A stretch of 10,131 nt of DNA, from contig RDOE01000108.1 of assembly GCA_011364975.1 (NCBI GenBank), positions 1 through 10,131 on the forward strand, written 5' to 3'. The stretch is from Promethearchaeota archaeon. Lineage in GTDB: Archaea > Asgardarchaeota > Lokiarchaeia > Sigyniarchaeales > SOKP01. Position 1 is the first letter of the stretch; each line of letters begins with the position of its first letter. The position numbers and the translations under genes were made by a program. The notes under the pieces are model-generated. The model was not told where the DNA came from and did no database searches. It saw nothing but the letters and a program-made list of their open reading frames with translations. This document shows, piece by piece, positions 7,088 to 10,131 of the stretch.

Positions 7088-8296
7088 TTAAAAGAAATCA
7101 GAGGCTACGGGTGTTTGAATTCTTATTGATTTTTGGGCATTATCTTCTAATAAAGATATAAGGGCAGTTATATTCTGTTTTGTTTCATATTTGATTTCCT
7201 TCTCTTCACCTTTATCCCACGATTTAAACCCTGTCAAGATAGGCGCTGTTTCAAATAATCCTTCTTGGAGTCCAGTTACTTTAACAGTTACTCCTTCGAG
7301 CTTTTCTTTAGACGTATTCTTTATTTTCAAGATATATCTTTCGAGATCGGAATCTATTGATATTACTTTAAAGATTTTTTGAAATTTCGATGAAACACCG
7401 TCAAATACAGAAGGTGCTGATGAGGAGACTGGAGAAAATAAATCGACTCCTAACTTTTTTTCAGATAATGGTTTAGACACTACAGTAATAGGAACTTCAA
7501 ATTTGATAGATTCTTTTCCATATTCGGGTTTTGGTTTTCCGATTATCATTAAGGACCATTTCATATATGATCCAAATCTCATTCCCCAATATTCTTTTTC
7601 TTTCGGTGCCCATAAATAATTATGACTTGGGTCTGCAATTTCAGGTATTTTAAGCAATAAAAAATTTTTCGTCATGTCCATCGTCTTGACATCCCCAGCA
7701 ATCGCAGGTGGTAATTCTTCAACTTTACGACATGATTGACCATATGCCTCACAATAACATACTAGATTGGCTTTTTGTAATAATCTGATCTCAATTTGTC
7801 TCAGGATTTCTGAAGTAAAATTAACCTTGATTGTCTCCCCCGGTTTAAAAATATCTTTTGAAAGATTGATATTCAATCCAGATAATGAAAGAGCTATTGG
7901 ATTTGGATTCTTAATTTGTAAGCCAGACTCTTTTGCCTTTATCTCTATTTTCTCAGATTTATTAATTACTAAATCATCGTTGGGATTTAGAGGGTGTGGT
8001 TGTCTTAGAATAAGTTTAAGCTCATATTCTAAATTTCTTTTCTTTATAGTAGGTACTATATTTCCCTTAATTAATAAACTTCGTTCTCTTATATATTGCC
8101 CCTTTTCAAAATGCCCTTTCGAAAAAATGTCTTCTTTTGCCACCTGAAGTTCTTTAGCGCATGGAGGATAAGTCATTAATCTTATTCCTGCCCATAGAAT
8201 TGATGTATCCTCTTCAAAAATGAATTTAGTTTTTATACCAAGTCGGTCCCCAATGTACACAGTACCATTATTGAGGTCGTTAAGGTCTAACTTCAT
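7088..8296 (-). CDS. Arrestin/Vps26-fold-like protein (two arrestin-like beta-sandwiches) with an additional C-terminal Ig-like domain
   Basis: 402-aa beta-rich ORF. Domain 1: VYIGDRL...GQYIRERSLLIKGNIVPT...LEYELKLIL. Domain 2: INLSKDIFKPGETIKV...IEIRLLQ...LLKIPEIADPS...MKWSLMI...FEVPITV. Both follow the arrestin [FY]xxG[DE]...IP...P[ST]...[YW]xL...PIxV pattern. Domain 3: YILKIKNTSKEKLEGVTVKV...WDKGEEKEIKY. The CDS is confident; the fold call is by eye. Confidence 0.72.
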   Translation of the reverse strand: MKLDLNDLNNGTVYIGDRLGIKTKFIFEEDTSILWAGIRLMTYPPCAKELQVAKEDIFSKGHFEKGQYIRERSLLIKGNIVPTIKKRNLEYELKLILRQPHPLNPNDDLVINKSEKIEIKAKESGLQIKNPNPIALSLSGLNINLSKDIFKPGETIKVNFTSEILRQIEIRLLQKANLVCYCEAYGQSCRKVEELPPAIAGDVKTMDMTKNFLLLKIPEIADPSHNYLWAPKEKEYWGMRFGSYMKWSLMIIGKPKPEYGKESIKFEVPITVVSKPLSEKKLGVDLFSPVSSSAPSVFDGVSSKFQKIFKVISIDSDLERYILKIKNTSKEKLEGVTVKVTGLQEGLFETAPILTGFKSWDKGEEKEIKYETKQNITALISLLEDNAQKSIRIQTPVASDFF

Positions 8297-8526
8297 GATT
8301 CTTGAGGGAATTTAGGAGTAATTGAAAGTTTCTATAATATTATAAATTGTAGAATTTTATTAATATTTCTTATTCTTTCTATAAATTACGATGTTTAACA
8401 AATATTAGCTCAAATTAGTTCTAATTCCCCCAAAAAAATAAATTGCATTTCCAGAAAATTATATTATTACCTAATCTCATATTAGATATTATCAACATTA
8501 TACCAAGATCCAATTAATATCAAATT

Positions 8527-9150
8527 ATGAACACTTGTTATTTTGGTGTAAAATATTGTGACAATTGTGGGGAAGAACTAGAACCTTATGCCTCTATTTG
8601 TAAAAAATGTGGGCATCTTTTAAAGTATCAACACTCTAAGATGACTAAGGATAAAGGTTCTCAAAGGTTAAAATCACTAAACCCTCCATCGAATCTCCAA
8701 AAAAATTCGATATTAACATTAGTAGGAGTCGTACTGTTTACTTTTGGTTTATTCATTGGGGAATATATTCGATATCGAACCTCTCTCTATATATTTCCCT
8801 GTGGGCACCCTATTTTCTATCTACTATTAATTGCTTCCATATTATACTCAATTGGATTTTTTTTGCCCTTAATTTTTTCAAGCGAAAAAGGCAGGGTATA
8901 TTTTACAATTGCAAACGGCATAATCATCTTAATAGTTGTTGTTGCTCAAATTATCAAACTACAGGTATTCCAAATATCAATCCCAATAATGATAATCATA
9001 ATCTTTTCCATTGAAATTATTTTTTCTTTATTGATTATTGGGGGTGGAAATTATGCTTTAAAAAATTACAATCGCTCATGGATAATATTTTTTGCCATAA
9101 TTCTTTTTTATTTTGGTCCTATTGGTTCTTTTTCCTACGTATGCTTTTAA
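8527..9150 (+). CDS. Zinc-ribbon domain-containing multi-pass membrane protein
   Basis: N-terminal KYCDNCGEEL...ICKKCG zinc ribbon, a polar linker, then about 5 hydrophobic segments. The last (WIIFFAIILFYFGPIGSFSY) resembles a PLDc_N-type hairpin. Confidence 0.8.
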   Translation: MNTCYFGVKYCDNCGEELEPYASICKKCGHLLKYQHSKMTKDKGSQRLKSLNPPSNLQKNSILTLVGVVLFTFGLFIGEYIRYRTSLYIFPCGHPIFYLLLIASILYSIGFFLPLIFSSEKGRVYFTIANGIIILIVVVAQIIKLQVFQISIPIMIIIIFSIEIIFSLLIIGGGNYALKNYNRSWIIFFAIILFYFGPIGSFSYVCF

Positions 9151-9218
9151 AATTATTAATGGCAAACTAAATATTGAGTAGTTAATTAAATGACTCAATC
9201 CTCGATTTAAAACCAAAG

Positions 9219-9929
9219 TTGAATTTAAAACTGAAAGATAAGATAAAGGCAGTATTATTCGATTTAGATGGGACATTAATTAACATTAATTTGCAAGCAT
9301 TTATTCCTGATTATTTAAAATTACTCTCAGCAAGCGTTTCCCATCTTATTCCTCCCAGAAAATTTATTTCAAAATTATTAAAAGCTTCTGAAATGGTAAA
9401 TAATAATGATGGAAGAGACACAAATGAAAATGTTTATGCAAAAGCCTTTTTCCCTATTGAAGGATATTCAAGAGAAGAGATTGAACCATTTTTTGATAGA
9501 TTTTATAAAAATGATTTTATGAAGTTGAAAAAACATACTACAGTTATACCTGAAGCGCGTGAGGTAGTACAAACAGTTTTTAATAAAGAGTATGATGTGG
9601 TTATAGCAACTACACCTGTGATTCCTCTTACTGCTATACAACAAAGGCTTGAATGGGCGGAAGTAGGAGATTTTAATTATAAATTAATAACCAGTATTGA
9701 AAATACGTATGCAACAAAACCAAATTTATTATATTTTACAAACATTTTTAAAATCCTGGGGTATTCGGCCAAAGAATGTATAATGATTGGGGATGAACAT
9801 AAAGATATGGTATGTAAAAAACTTGGTGCTAAAACTTTTTTTATAGAAGGGAATAATAGTGATCTGAATTCTGAGACCCCAAACCCTTCTTATCGGGGTA
9901 AGTTAATTGATTTATTAAACATGTTATAA
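9219..9929 (+). CDS. HAD-superfamily hydrolase (subfamily IA-like phosphatase); exact start uncertain (TTG 9219 or CTG 9231)
   Basis: Motif I FDLDGTL, motif II VIATT, motif III KP (ATKPNLLYF), motif IV MIGDEHKDM. Confidence 0.93.
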   Translation: MNLKLKDKIKAVLFDLDGTLININLQAFIPDYLKLLSASVSHLIPPRKFISKLLKASEMVNNNDGRDTNENVYAKAFFPIEGYSREEIEPFFDRFYKNDFMKLKKHTTVIPEAREVVQTVFNKEYDVVIATTPVIPLTAIQQRLEWAEVGDFNYKLITSIENTYATKPNLLYFTNIFKILGYSAKECIMIGDEHKDMVCKKLGAKTFFIEGNNSDLNSETPNPSYRGKLIDLLNML

Positions 9930-10046
9930 ATTTTTATTTAATTTAGTGCGATTACTAAATTTTAAAACCTTTTGTTTAAATGCTAAATTACTTGCATATA
10001 AAATGATTGATATTTTTAATAAATCTTTAAACCTCAAGAACGTTAA

Positions 10047-10131
10047 ATGAAAAAAAGTGCATTTTGGTATCAAAATTTAGTTAAACAGAATGGATTTAAT
10101 CTTGAAAATTCAATGAAAGTCGGCTCAGAAT
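10047..10131 (+). CDS. Possible 5' end of a downstream gene (partial, function unknown)
   Basis: ATG at 10047 opens a frame that runs off the window: MKKSAFWYQNLVKQNGFNLENSMKVGSE. Only 28 codons are visible. Confidence 0.45.
   Translation, partial: MKKSAFWYQNLVKQNGFNLENSMKVGSE

Noticed and set aside
7191-7382. 63-aa plus-strand ORF
   Set aside because: Antisense shadow of the arrestin-like gene.
7767-8147. 126-aa plus-strand ORF
   Set aside because: Antisense shadow of the arrestin-like gene; F/S/L/I-rich as expected for the complement of K/E-rich codons.
9076-9276. 66-aa minus-strand ORF
   Set aside because: Overlaps two supported plus-strand genes in antisense; no motifs.
1-10131. tRNA, rRNA, structured ncRNA, transposase, integrase or defence genes
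   Set aside because: I saw no GC-rich structured segments, cloverleafs, terminal inverted repeats or matching protein motifs. An Infernal/tRNAscan run would be needed to exclude small RNAs formally.

Overview
This is an AT-rich (roughly 30% GC by eye), gene-dense prokaryotic chromosomal segment with about 12 protein-coding loci. I see no RNA genes, CRISPR array or mobile element. Gene content (arrestin-fold protein, PCI-like winged-helix protein, MglA-like small GTPase) and TATA-like promoter motifs suggest an Asgard archaeon, probably Lokiarchaeia; this is inference. In order: a 5'-truncated ADP-forming acyl-CoA synthetase alpha-like gene lacking the phosphohistidine loop; a 2-TM/Zn-ribbon membrane protein gene split by a +1 frame change; an SMP-30/gluconolactonase; a membrane-anchored SxxK serine hydrolase; a stand-alone Nfu domain; a mini PCI-like protein; an MglA-like GTPase whose P-loop N-terminus was missed by the ORF track because it has no ATG/GTG/TTG start; an IolB/KduI-like bicupin; a three-domain arrestin-like protein; a Zn-ribbon multi-TM protein; a HAD hydrolase; and the start of a further ORF. 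The best leads are the non-canonical start of the GTPase, the arrestin-plus-extra-Ig-domain architecture, the apparent ACD pseudoenzyme and the split membrane gene. All family calls come from motif recognition by eye, not database searches.
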